Source: Selaginella moellendorffii
Lineage: Eukaryota > Plantae > Lycopodiophyta
Assembly: GCF_000143415.4 (NCBI RefSeq)
Contig: NW_003314273.1
Location: 2,604,719 to 2,668,718 of the forward strand
Length of the DNA stretch: 64,000 nucleotides
Direction: 5' to 3'
The notes beneath the pieces were generated by a model that worked only from the letters and a program-made list of their open reading frames with translations, was not told where the DNA came from and made no database searches. Position 1 is the stretch's first letter. Every line of letters begins with the position of its first letter. This document shows, in pieces, positions 39,641-51,232 of the stretch. Both the position numbers and the translations under genes were made by a program.

Positions 39641-40794
39641 ACATTTTATTGAATAATTGTGCTGATGTTTGCTCTTAGCTGATGGGAGGTGCCAAGCTAT
39701 GTGGGGCAAGAGAAAAAGGCATTGTAACACATGGCACATACAAATGTGTTGACTGTAACTGCACCTATGGCCTGTCGCCTATCATCTGTCGAGTGAATTG
39801 GTTTTTTTTTTTCTAGGGTTTATGAAATGGTGAGACAGCCCTTGCCACTGCTGCCAATTTGCAATCCAAATCTGAGGCACTGTGTCAACACCACTAGAAT
39901 GAGCCATGTCTTGGTACTACTGGTGTCAAGATCTTGCTTCTTGCTTTCTTATGCGAGTTTCATTTTCTCAATGTGCCTATTTAACAGGCTCTTGTATTGC
40001 TTGCTTTGCACTGCTGGGCTGTGTTGCTGCCTCTCTACACACTATAGAACCAAGCTCTGGGGCTGCCTGGATGGTGGAGCCAGGATTTTATCTCCCATTG
40101 CTTCTGCTCACTCGTGCAAGAGTTCCAGCAGCAGAAGGCCGAGAGTGTCAAGTCTATTGTGGTTGATCAAAGTCGGGGTAAGCACAAATTATTTTGTTGT
40201 TCCACCTTCCTCCGGTTGTGCAAAGGCTGGGTGCTAGGGTAGAGAATTGTTGGGGCATAAGCCATGGACAGTAAGTGACAAAAAATGTTGCTGCTGTGGA
40301 TCTGTGGCCCTCCTATATTGCTTATCAATTTTTTTTGGCTCCTGGAAAACTCTTGCAAGGGATTGTGTGGGCACAAGAACAATCGCTTTTAGGGTTCCTG
40401 TGGGGCATGGCTGCTGAGTCTGCTAGTGATTGTACAAAAGATGTTGCTTAGGTGCCAATACCATTGGGCCAAGAATATTGTTTCCTAGCTTGGATACTAT
40501 GATTAAAATTCATTTTGATTTAAACTTGCCTCAATCAGTTAGTATAATTAAGATGGCACTTACCCTGTCTTACAATTTTCTTCTTTATGTATATGTTTAG
40601 TTGATAAATAGAGAAGCTGTACTGATGTATTGATTGGGCAATTACAACATGCTCAAGATGTGGGTTAGCTTAGTCTTAATATAAACAAATTAAACATCTT
40701 CATAAATCTTGCAAATATAGGATATCAGGTTTTGAATTTATAGTTTACATATTAATAACAATTATTTTTTTATTTCTTTTCTTAGTTTTACTTG

Positions 40795-41470
40795 GGTCTG
40801 GGTAGCAGATTAGTGTTCTTAAAATTTTATTGTTCTATATTCTAAGAAAGACACATGGCAAAGTAACTCTTTACTAAATCTATAATACTTAAAATTACAT
40901 TAATTTATTTTGATTCTGTTTCTAGGTGTTTGAGTTTAAGGGTTATATAAAATTTTCTAATTTTAGGTTATGTTTGAGTCTGAGTAATATATTAATGTTC
41001 TTAAATCTTAGTTATATGTTTATTCATATTCCAAGTAAACACATAATATTTAAATGATGCTTCCCTAAATTAATGATAATTAATCTTAGTAGTTCTTCTT
41101 TATATTTCTGAGTCTGGGTAATAATATATTAGTTTTCTTAACATTTTAGGATTCTAAATTTGTTTATATCCCAAATAAAAACATACTTTACATATAACAT
41201 TTAATTAATAAATTTATTTTTTGTAATTCTTATTTTATTGTTTTTCTCTGGAAGTGTACTAAATATATTTCTTCTTATAACTATAAAAAACTCATTCCTA
41301 ACAGTTTTTGTTTTAATTTTTTCTAGGTTGGGTATTAAATTTATTAAAATCTTAGTATTCTAAATATATCCATATTCCTAAGTAATCATGCATATAATAT
41401 CTTTATCAATAATATTTACTTAGTAATTCTTCTTTTACACTTTTAGGAATATATCAGTGTTCTAAATATA
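40795..41470 (+). repeat. Degenerate AT-rich tandem repeats in the 3' part of Helitron 2
   Basis: About four recurrences of gtctgggta...ttcttaaa...tattccaagtaaac-like units. Confidence 0.55.
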
Positions 41471-42459
41471 TAGTCTATGCTATTGTGTGTGTATATATAT
41501 ACATATAAAAATATCAAAAGAAAAAAATTGTATAAAATTACTAATTTTTGTACTCATCCAGCATTTGCTGGGCAATACTAGCAAGTTGTAGCTGAAGAGG
41601 GAAAAACTCTCCTTTAACCACAGCCCCTCCTACTCTGTCTTTGCAGCCAAGGAAATTTTCTTTATCACAACTCCTCCTTGACACCAAAGTTTCACTCGCT
41701 CCAGGTTTCTCTTCTTTACTGCAACTCCTTAGCCTCAAAGTTTGCAGAAGAAGAAGCAGTGCTGAGTGCTAGAGATGGAGGCCCAGGAGCTTGTGTTGCT
41801 CAAGCATAAAGTTTATGGATGGGTATGTCAAGTGAGCGTCCTTTGCAGTGTTGGATATACAAAGCTTGGCTCATGTGGATAGGGTTTTATCCATCCTATT
41901 TTTCTTTAGGGCTGGATTAGCAAATGGACTGCTATGGCAGAGCCTGCTTGGATCTCTCATATGCTGCACAAAAATTTTCCACTCATCTTTGTAGGATGCC
42001 CTAGCTAGGAATAGGTAAGATCTTTTCGTTCTTTCAGAGGAAATTCTATTTTCAGGTTTTGTGCTGGGTTTTAACATGGGAGAAGTTGGCTCTCACAATG
42101 GTAGCCATACTGCCATGGTTAGGCAAGTGCAATTGAAGGCATTCATTTTACCAGCAGTGGATGATTTTCAACTTTTGATTTTATGTAAACACCTCTAGGT
42201 CGGCTGTGAGATCGATGTTGTCCCACCCATAGTCACTGGAGTAGTTCCCAGTGAGAAATTCTTTATGTCTCTTTCTACAACTACAATTCTCTTATATAAA
42301 ACACTGCAGGAAAACTAGAGCTATGTTTCAAGCTGCCATAAAACTCTTTGCCAATGTATTTGTCTTTTGGCTCAGAATTAAATTTTTTAGATAACTTCAC
42401 CTTGCCAACTCACCAGCTTTTTGCTGGGCAATTTCCAGTGCATCTTCTAAGGTTTCCTC

Positions 42460-42750
42460 TTACTCCTGATTTGTGGATCCTCCCTCCTTTCTTCTCTTTC
42501 TCCCCTTTTTTCCTTCTCATCCCTTTGTTTTTTCTTTCCTTAATGCCGATCAGGGTACTCTCATTGGTGAGTGAGTGAGAGAGCTAGACAGGATCCAATC
42601 TTTCTTAGTAGCATCACATCAAGAAGAAAGAGGAAGAAGAAGACATGACTTCTCCAAGGCGATGCTCCATCCTCCTTTAAATGAAGGCGTTTGCTGCCAG
42701 GGATCGATCTACTCACTCACATTGGAGGGACGAGTTCATGAAGAACATCA
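42460..42750 (+). pseudogene. Deleted copy of the ABI5-like gene 5' UTR and first codons
   Basis: Matches 46810-47200 (gagtgagagagctagacagga; agacatg..gatgctccatcctcct; cagggatc..tactcactcacattggag; gacgagttcatgaagaac) with internal deletions. Confidence 0.85.
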
Positions 42751-42799
42751 CTCCTTATGATTACCTTTTAAGAATAGGTTAAGATCATTAGGGTTGCAA

Positions 42800-44348
42800 A
42801 TGAATCAAGAAATTGAAGAGGAGGTGTTGCAGCAGCTGCCGCTGCGCGATGTCTGGTGGATGAGAGCAGTGTGCAAATGGTGGCAGGAATTGATCAACTC
42901 CCCAGTGTTTGGGGCACAGGCAAGCATTCCAGCAGCTGTTCCCATGGTTGGTCCCGACTGCATTCAGCCAGAATCCCGACCACCGCTGAACGCGGTCGGA
43001 CAGCTCTATTTGGTGATTCCGTTCAGTGAAAAAAATGGCGATTGCGCTCGCAGGGGCTAGATTTCTGATGCTGCTGTGGCTATCGCCATCGCCACTGCAT
43101 CTCCACCGCTTTGCTGTTTTCCTACTACTATGGAGCGATCCATCCATCCATGAATGCCCAGTCCAGCAAGCCTACATCAAATCTGACCAAGAGGGCTATA
43201 GCCTATAGGAGCTGCGTGTGTACCGAGCTCTGCAGGGTGACACTCTCCAATTGGTCAGCCTCCACTTTCGATTGAGCGTGGAGCAGCGAGAAGTCTAATG
43301 CTTTGGTTTGGTTTCGTTTAATGCTTTGGTTTTCCTATTTTTATTAATGTGGTTTTATTAAAAATGCTTTTTTTTTATCAAAAAAAATTTGTGAACTGTT
43401 TGGCCATTCAGCATTTTCACAGCTGGTCAATAATCACAGTCAGCCAGTCAGCGTTTGGAACGGTCAAGACCAACCTTAGCTGTTCCTTATGTTCTTGCAG
43501 GCATGTTGTGCGGAAGGATGTTCAAGGGCAACCCATTTAACAAAAGCAATGCCTTCAACTGGATAGAGATGGAAGTGTGCCCACAGGGGAGGTTTCTTAT
43601 AGGAAGTGCTGGTGGATTGCTCTGCTTTTTGAAAGGGAACCAGGTCCTAGTAGGCAATCCACTCACTGGATGCTTTAGAGCGTTGCCAGACCTCAGTCAA
43701 GACTTCAAGGAATACACAGTCTGCTTTGTAAAAAGTTTTGTGAAGAAAAAAAAGTTGAGATCAGAGGTAAGGCGAGTAGTGTCTACACAATGTTTACAAC
43801 AGCTCATGTATACAACTCGAGACTCGGATGCTGGAGGGCTGCTAGCACACCATTGGGATGGTGTCAGTTGGAGAATATGGGGGAAATGGTGGGCAACGCT
43901 ACTTTGTATTTGCTTTGACAAGAATTTGAATGATCCAGGGTATGTCGGTCTCTTCACTTTGGATTTGGAAGGGTTGAGGTTTGAATTAAAGCAGACTTGG
44001 GCATGGGATGAGTGGCTACACAGGAATTATGGTTTATTTGTTTCCTGCCATGGTCAGACAGGTGTGTTGTGCTGCACTCAATTCAAAAACAGCATGCAGC
44101 TATGGTGTATGCAAGGAGAAACAGGTGGTGATGTTGGAGGTGAAAATCTGGCTAAAGGTGTTGGTAAAGTATCCAATGGTATGTTTGAATGGAGCTGTTT
44201 TATTTGTGGAGGAGAAGTCTTTATCTACAACCATTTTGAATTTATCTATTACAGATGCAGTTGCTTTCCCATTTCAGAAAAATTCCAATCTAGCAAATTT
44301 CGTAGAATTTACTCCTTCACTTTTAGTACCATAACTTGTATTACTTAG
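42800..44348 (+). pseudogene. F-box protein gene interrupted by a ~530-bp insertion
   Basis: F-box motif EIEEEVLQQLPLRDVWWMRAVCKWWQELINSP. Downstream FLIGSAGGLLC..VLVGNPLTG..RALP is typical of plant F-box proteins. The two halves join as ...PAAVPYVLAG... if 42946-43475 and a short duplication are removed. Confidence 0.75.
42946..43475. mobile_element. Putative MITE-like insertion in the F-box gene
   Basis: Ends GGTTGGTCCCGAC / GTCAAGACCAACC form an imperfect TIR. AGCTGTTCC recurs on both flanks but not as a clean TSD. Confidence 0.5.
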
Positions 44349-44399
44349 TCTTGTCTATTACTTTTATTTTCCTCCTTGGGCAATTTCACGACAGTGCTA

Positions 44400-44520
44400 G
44401 GCCAAGCGCCCGATACGAATGCGTGAGGTATGCACATCTCTCTCTTTGTTTCTCTTGCTTCTTCTAGGGTTTCCTCCCTAGTGCTCCTGATGCATGCTCT
44501 GGAGCTCCGTGCTGCTTTTT
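44400..44520 (+). repeat. Duplicated fragment of the ABI5-like upstream/5' UTR region
   Basis: gcgcccgat..gaatgcgtgaggtatgc..ttctagggtttcctccc..gctcctgatgcatgctc matches 46640-46785. Confidence 0.85.
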
Positions 44521-44809
44521 TTCTGCAAAAGTTGGAGATTTGATCAAGAGAGAAGCATGCACCTGCAAATGGCTATATCAGTATACAAAATAGTAAAAAA
44601 TGGAGGAATATAATCATGTCAATAATATAGAATACTTACACTTTAGAAAATGTTGTTTCTTTTAATTGTGCTGTTGTTTTTTCTTCCAAATATATGTATT
44701 ATTTCATCTTTAAAAGGAAATAAAATATAACTCTTAGTCAACCTTTTTAGTTTTTAAAGAAATGTCTTGAAGTTCACAACCAATCAGTATTATAAATACA
44801 ATAATGGTA

Positions 44810-45490
44810 AAAATACATTGTTTATTTTTATTATGTTGAAAAGTGCATGATTATATTTTAGAGTTTGTGCTTGCTAATGATAACTACTTGCTTAAGAATG
44901 TTTTAATGCTTTATTCTGAAGAGAAACTTGGGAATATTAAGTTTTTCAAGAGCAAAGAGTCAATAAAAATGATGAATTCTAAGAGAATTAACCATAGAAG
45001 GCAACTATATTACTGAAGAATTTGTTGTGCCAAACAGCAACAAGGTTTCCTTTATTTTTTATAGTTTTTATGCAATTTCTTTTTTATGACTGGTTTGTCT
45101 TTAATTCTATGAATGCTAAGTGTAGCACCTAATAAGGGTAAGTGCTTGTTTAGATTGCATAGCATTGAATATTAATGTTAATATCTTAGCCATTGCACAT
45201 CATGATAAATGGTGGGTAATGGTGTTGCCATTATGGCCTCTTACCCTCTTCAGGTAAGAACTCCTTACTCTATTGAGATTTTTCTAATGAAATTTTTATG
45301 CAGTCTTCAGTTTTCAAAAAGCTAGAACAATTTTTATGCCTTCTAGACTGAGAAAGAAACCATGAGTGTGGAGAGCTCAATAATATTATTTTCAGAAGTT
45401 TAATGACTTAGCTTTTAGGTTTACATAGCTATGTTTGGCATGCTGTTACAGACATCTTTTTAACTTAGAGGATAATATATAATTTTATAT
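44810..45490 (-). repeat. AT-rich dispersed repeat (inverted copy of 6605-7235)
   Basis: Direct reverse-complement alignment by eye. Confidence 0.85.
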
Positions 45491-45769
45491 ATAGAAAGTG
45501 GGAGTTGTAATTTTTCCTAGTGAGATCTAAAGGATGGCAAAATTCCTATTAGAAATATATATAGTCTGATAAATTTTACTTGTTACTTTTGAAGTTCTAG
45601 TCATGAGACAGAATAAAGAACTTCATACCTTTTTGGCCACAGGAATAGTGATAAGTAAAGAAAATTAATAAACTAATTAAATAAAGCGAAAAATCATAGC
45701 CATTAGATTAAAGAATATCCAATATACTTGAACATTCTAAGTATATTCCTTACACGTGAATTAAGTGCC

Positions 45770-46345
45770 ACTGCAGCTGGTGTGTGTGCGGGATGAGAGC
45801 AGTGTGCAAACAGTGATGGGAATTGATCAATTCCCCAGGATTTGCCGTCCAGCAGGCTCAGGCAAGCATCCGCATTTCAAGGAATACAGTCTGGTTCTTG
45901 TGAAGAAAAAAAAGTTGAGGTAAGAAGTGTGTACACATGGTTCACAACAAGTACACGTATACACTCCAGATACCACTTTGCATTTGCTTTACTCACATCA
46001 CTACATCACTACAAAGAAGTTAAATGATCCAGGTCTGATCACTTTGGATTTGAAAGGGTTAAGGATTGGATTGAAGCAGACTTGGCCATGGGATAAGCAG
46101 CTACATAGGAATCATGGTGTATCTGTTGCCTCCAATGGTCAGACAGGTGTGTTGTTCTGCACTCTATTCAAAAGGTGTTGGTGGAGTTTGCAATGCAATT
46201 TGTTTGAATGGAGCTGTTTTCTTTGTGGAGGAGAAGTCTTTCTTTATCTATAACTCATAGTTACTTTCCTATTTCAGAAAGAATCCAAGCTAGAAAAACT
46301 GGTAAAATTTACACCTTCACTATTATTACCATAACTTCTATTTGT
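45770..46345 (+). pseudogene. Second, internally deleted F-box copy
   Basis: ggatgagagcagtgtgcaaa..gaattgatcaa, ttgaagcagacttgg..atggtcagacaggtgtg and gaatggagctgtttt..ggaggagaagtc match 42850-44345, with deletions and frameshifts. Confidence 0.85.
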
Positions 46346-47028
46346 GTGCAAATTCTATTGTTGTACTTAACAGTATTGATAAGATTCATGTAAACACGAA
46401 TAAATGAATGTTCTGTGTTTTTTTTGTTTTTTTTTTAATTTGGTATCTTGTGACTTGTATAGCAAATTATTCAGTTTAATGACGTTACCTTTTAGCAGTT
46501 TGGCTAAGCCACGAGAACGCTTACACTTTTTTTTCCTTTTAAGCTAGATTTACTTGTTTTCCTTTGAAGTACTCTTCTTCTTCCTCGGTAACCCTAATTT
46601 CGCGAGCGAGGCAGGGCAGGAGCTCCAGCGCTGGGCGGTGCGCCCGATGCCGATGCCGCTCACCGATCCCGTCCGGAATGCGTGAGGTATGCGCGTGTCT
46701 TGTCTCTCTTGTTTCTCTCGCCTTCTAGGGTTTCCTCCCGGCTCTTGTGCGCTCCTGATGCATGCTCCGGAGCTCTGCGCTGCCTGTGATCGATGCCCCG
46801 GAGCTCATCTCGTGTGATCTGAGATCCTCCCTCCTTTCTTCTCTTTCTTCCCTTTTTTTCTTCTCGTCCCTTGCTCTTTGGTCTTCTTCCCAGTTTAAAA
46901 AAATCATGCAGCGTTTTTTTCTTTCTTCAGTGCCGATCAAGGCAGTCTCATCGGTGAGTGAGTGAGAGAGCTAGACAGGACTCGGGAGCTCCAATCTTTC
47001 TAAGAAAGAGGAGGAAGAAGAAGAAGAC

Positions 47029-48228
47029 ATGGCTTCTTCCAAGACGATGCTCCATCCTCCTCCAAATGGGGGCGTCGGCCCGCAGCGCTCCGGCCTGGGC
47101 CGCCAGGGATCAATTTACTCGCTCACACTGGAGGAGCTCCAGAATTCAATGCTGGACCAGGGAAAAATCGGCAGCATGAACATGGACGAGTTCATGAAGA
47201 ACGTATGGACGGCCGAGGAGAACCAGGGCGGCGCCGCCAACACCAACACCAGCACCGCCACCTCCACCGCCACCGACAACCCGCCCGCTCCCTCCTCTCT
47301 CCAGCGGCAATCCAGCGTAAGTATCCCTCGAACTCTCAGCCAGAAAACAGTGGACGAGGTGTGGAAGGAGATCCAGGTCCAGAAGCAGCAGCAGCAGCAG
47401 CAAGATCTCTCTTATGGAGAGATGACTTTGGAGGACTTTCTCATCCGGGCCGGGGTGGTGAAGGAGGACACGGATGCTACTTCCGGGGGTGTCGTCCAGG
47501 CAATCGGCCCCCAAGGAACCATACCCAACAGCATCGATTCCATGGCTCAAAATCCAGATTGGTACAACTATCAGGTGAAGCAGCAGCAGCTCATGCACCA
47601 AGCTGCCGATTTCTCGAAAAGGCCGAACTTGATCGTCCCTGCGGGGCATCCCGGCGCGTTTTTCGATGCTCCATACGATGCCGTGCCCAGCAGCCTGGCT
47701 CTCTCCCCCGGGATGGCGACTCCGGAGGCTCCCGGCAAGAAGAGGAGCTTGGATCTCGTCGTGGAGAAGACTGTGGAGAGGCGGCAGAGGAGGATGATCA
47801 AGAACAGGGAGTCGGCGGCGCGGTCACGAGCGAGGAAGCAAGTAAGTCGCACTTTTGACCAAAGAGGCTTTTTTTCTACTCTTTTTTCCTTGTTTTTTTT
47901 GCAGGCTTACACAGTGGAGCTAGAAGCCGAGCTTACGCAGCTCAAGGAAGAAAATACCAGATTGAAGAGATGGCAGGTAAGATTGGATCACTCGTGATCG
48001 ATCCAGACACTAAAGACGATGATGCTTTTCTTTTGATTTTTTAGGCCGAGGAAGCAGAGAGGAGAAGAAAACAGGTAACTTGCATTGCTGGAGAGAGTTT
48101 TACAGCTTTGTTACACCGTGTTTCTGACGCAGATAACCGAGGTTTTCCTGCCAGTAACGCAACAAGATCAGCAGCAGCACGCAAACGCGAGCTCACAAAA
48201 GCTTCAGAGGTGCCGGAGCTTTCCCTGA
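47029..48228 (+). CDS. ABI5: Group A bZIP transcription factor (ABI5/ABF/AREB family), ~336 aa; exons 47029-47841, 47905-47976, 48045-48074, 48133-48228
   Basis: C1 RQGSIYSLTLEELQ and GSMNMDEFMKNVWTAEE; C2 LQRQSS..RTLSQKTVDEVW; C3 GEMTLEDFL; basic region RRQRRMIKNRESAARSRARKQAY; C-terminal RCRSFP. GT-AG introns keep the frame. Exact orthology within the ABI5/ABF family is not resolved. Confidence 0.92.
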
Positions 48229-48869
48229 CTTCCATTTAACTCCACAGGAATCGGGTTGTAAAGTGGGGGTCTCGCTCGCTCCTCAAGCCATCGCAAAGAT
48301 CTTCCCTTGATCTTCCGGGCCTGAGGAAGGAGAGCGAGATCGATCACCACTAAAAACACAGGAAAACGAATAAGGTAAGCAGCAGATCATCCAGCAGCAG
48401 CAGCAGTAGCAGCTCTCATGTACCTCATCAGACACGGCGGCCATGTACATTCGAGTTGGAAGTGCGTGTATCTAAAACAGAAGCAAGGCAAAAGCAGCGG
48501 TTTTCCTTTAGGTGGTTTGTTCGTTCCGAGAGGTTAGTGACGAAGCTGGTTCTTCTAGCATTTGTGAGGATCTGTAGTTTAAAGGAAGCAAGCATTTGTG
48601 AAATCAGACGGAAAAAAAACAAGTGAAATTCTTTTCCAGCTTATCTCTCGATCGATCGCGAAGCGTTTTGTTTCACGTGAAGAAGAAGGAAGTGGTCCAG
48701 CCCAGTCCAGTCCGGCTCTCAATTAAAAGAGAGCTGTGCTTTTGTCTCGCGCGCTCGCAGCGCCGTCGTTGGCCATTTCCACAGGCCAATCATCAGGCGC
48801 TGCAAAATGGTGCCAGCTGAATCCATCGAGCTTTCCGTTGCGAGTTTGGTGTTTTGGTTCCATGTCGAC

Positions 48870-50990
48870 TCAGGGGCTCCATGTGTCCCGCCTCGGACGG
48901 GCCGGATGATCTGAGCTCTCCGGACGCAAGCGGCTTTTAGCGTGTCTGGATTGGATAAGTTTCTCGAGCAAAGCCATCGTAAAATTTACCTGGAGCTTTC
49001 CTCCCACCGCATAGGCACTCGGGGACTTCGCTCTCGCCGGGCGAGAGAGTTTAGTAGCTTGGCTTTTGTTTACCTTGTCCAATATTTCTGCCACCATGTT
49101 TTGCATGACAGTCAAGGTTCTTCTCATGCCGTGAGCCGACTTCAGAGAAGGTCTCCTCTTCAAACAGCTGCCTGACGATCTCCACTACGTCGTCCAGATC
49201 TTGGAGAGAGCACCTTCAGCTTACAATGAATAAACGATTACCGGTGACAGTGAGTAAAACAAGAAAACAAGCATGCCACTATTGGCTTCTCGCCCAACCG
49301 CGAGTTTGGCTGCTGGATTGTCTGCATCTAGATGATCGTTAAGCGCGTAGATTTTTCAATCTAACGAGTGAATTCGAGCGTTGAGCAGACTTGAGACCTC
49401 AAACGTTCGCATTCTCCCTCCGCTTTGAGCAGTGACTGCTCTAGATCATATCTTGATCTCTCAGTGTTGACCCTGGGTTTGTTTTTTATTTCCTTGGCCC
49501 TGTCTTCGCATTCATAAAGGGAAAGCTTTCTACCGACTAAATCTACTTCTCGAGATGTAAAGCCATGGGAGGCAGCAGCACTAAAGGTTTGTGTCCAAAG
49601 CGTAGCGTAGAGAGCGTTCCGGCTGCATTATATGAGCCCGAAGAGCAGCAATAAAGTAGATATTGTCCGTGAGTTTCCACCCTGTGCGGCATAAGATCAA
49701 AAGGACATGAAATTACTGTTAACGCTCGAGAGTTACCAAGGACTCTTGCAAAATCCTCGTCAGCTTTGAGTCATGGTAAGGTAGAGGGAGCCAAGTCAAC
49801 GGGGAGTAAGGGGAGCCAAAACAGTTGACTAAAGAATATTCTGTTACAATAACCAAAGCATTCATCACATTTCCAAGAGCTGAAAGCGATTTATTGATTG
49901 TCTTAGCCTCCGTTAGGAGTTTTCCTTTCCTTCGGTGCATGTTTTCTCAGATCCAGCAAGGTCTACCAGGAACAGCTTTCCGGTTTTCACGCTGCAAAGA
50001 GACGATGATAAATAAGAGACGAAAAGAAGGGAACGTTTCTTTTACCTCGGTTATCAAGAACACACAGTGGCTTCTGCTGCTATTGGCGTTCATATCTGAA
50101 ATGTTAGGAGACACACGCAGCAAGTCTTGTTAAGCCTCGCTCCCACAGCTCTATTCAAGATTCCTGCCTGTGTACTGTGTATAAGCTTTAAGTTAGAATG
50201 GCCAAAGCAGCAATCAATCAATTGTTAGATTGTCACTATAAGCTATCAGCCCTCGAGTTAATCTAGGACGGGCGCTCTCGTCACCTCTGAAGCACCAGCG
50301 ACAAATATTCCGAGTGTTTTATCTTCCTTTACTTGAAGATTGTCCTTGGTCGAGTCCAAAATGTATTAAAGTCTCGAGCAACTTCTATTCTCTCCACCTA
50401 TTCACAAGCGATATAAGAAATATAAAACCTTACCATGGACAGCTTGATGACAAACTCGTACACCGGGTCAGCAGTCTCTATGTACTGGAAAATCCATCGT
50501 GCCACCCTCGGTAGAATTCCCTCTTGGCAATGATCATCAGTGCCCTGAGACGTCTCTCCACGAAATGACCCGTAAGAACAAAGGAGAAAACGCTACCTCC
50601 ATACTGAAAGTCATTGCAGCACCAGTCTAGAAAATAAAACAAAGCGTTGTGATACATGGATAGCTCTCATCGCATGAATGATTCGTGAGAGTACCTGTCA
50701 ACCGTAAAGTTGATGGGATTCATAGCATCTTTGTTTACAATTCCATGAGTAAATCTCAGACATTCGATCAAAACTTACCCTGAACAATGGGAAGCGCGAC
50801 GAAGTCGAAAACATCCGCTTGAGATCTCTGTCTAAAGAAAACCGATCTCTCCTGAATGAAAGCGCGACTGTAAATCGTCCAATGCAGCTGGCGCTTACCT
50901 TGAAATCGAAGGATCGATCGTGCGGGATGCGAATGCGGCTGGATTCGCTCCAGCGCTCGCGATCTCTCAGACATTGCACGAATAAACGAA
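48870..50990 (-). pseudogene. Degenerate duplicate of the kinesin gene
   Basis: Colinear with 52755-55200. The start region is lost, multiple deletions are present, and the DLAGSE region is frameshifted. [12 protein letters not shown] and [15 protein letters not shown] remain. Confidence 0.88.
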
Positions 50991-51232
50991 ACGAAGCAAA
51001 AGAACCATTAGAACAAGACCCCGCCCAACCACGGAAGTGAAGACGCCATTGGAGGCGATGGAAGATGACAGCGACGCAAAAAATGCGTCTCATGCTTCAG
51101 GATTGGCATTCAAAACAGCATATAGATAAATAGTTCATTATTGGTAGCAGTTAGACTTGTATTCTCTGGAGCGCTGCAAGCTTCAAAATCTTTATTACAT
51201 AGTTTGGCATAGCATCATAGTTTGGCAACTCC

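Larger units (their letters stand above)
32001..41581 (+). mobile_element. Helitron 2 (non-autonomous, ~2 kb net), interrupted by the LTR element
   Basis: 5' TCTATCATAATAAGG is homologous to 20900. The sequence resumes after 39640, matching 21005-21150 and 22545-22630. 3' hairpin CCAGCA-TT-TGCTGG (41558-41571) then CTAG at 41578-41581; the next base is C rather than the canonical T. Confidence 0.75.

Noticed and set aside
47146-47858. Long overlapping ORFs in other frames and on the opposite strand of the bZIP exon
   Set aside because: Expected shadows of GC-rich coding sequence; no domain features.
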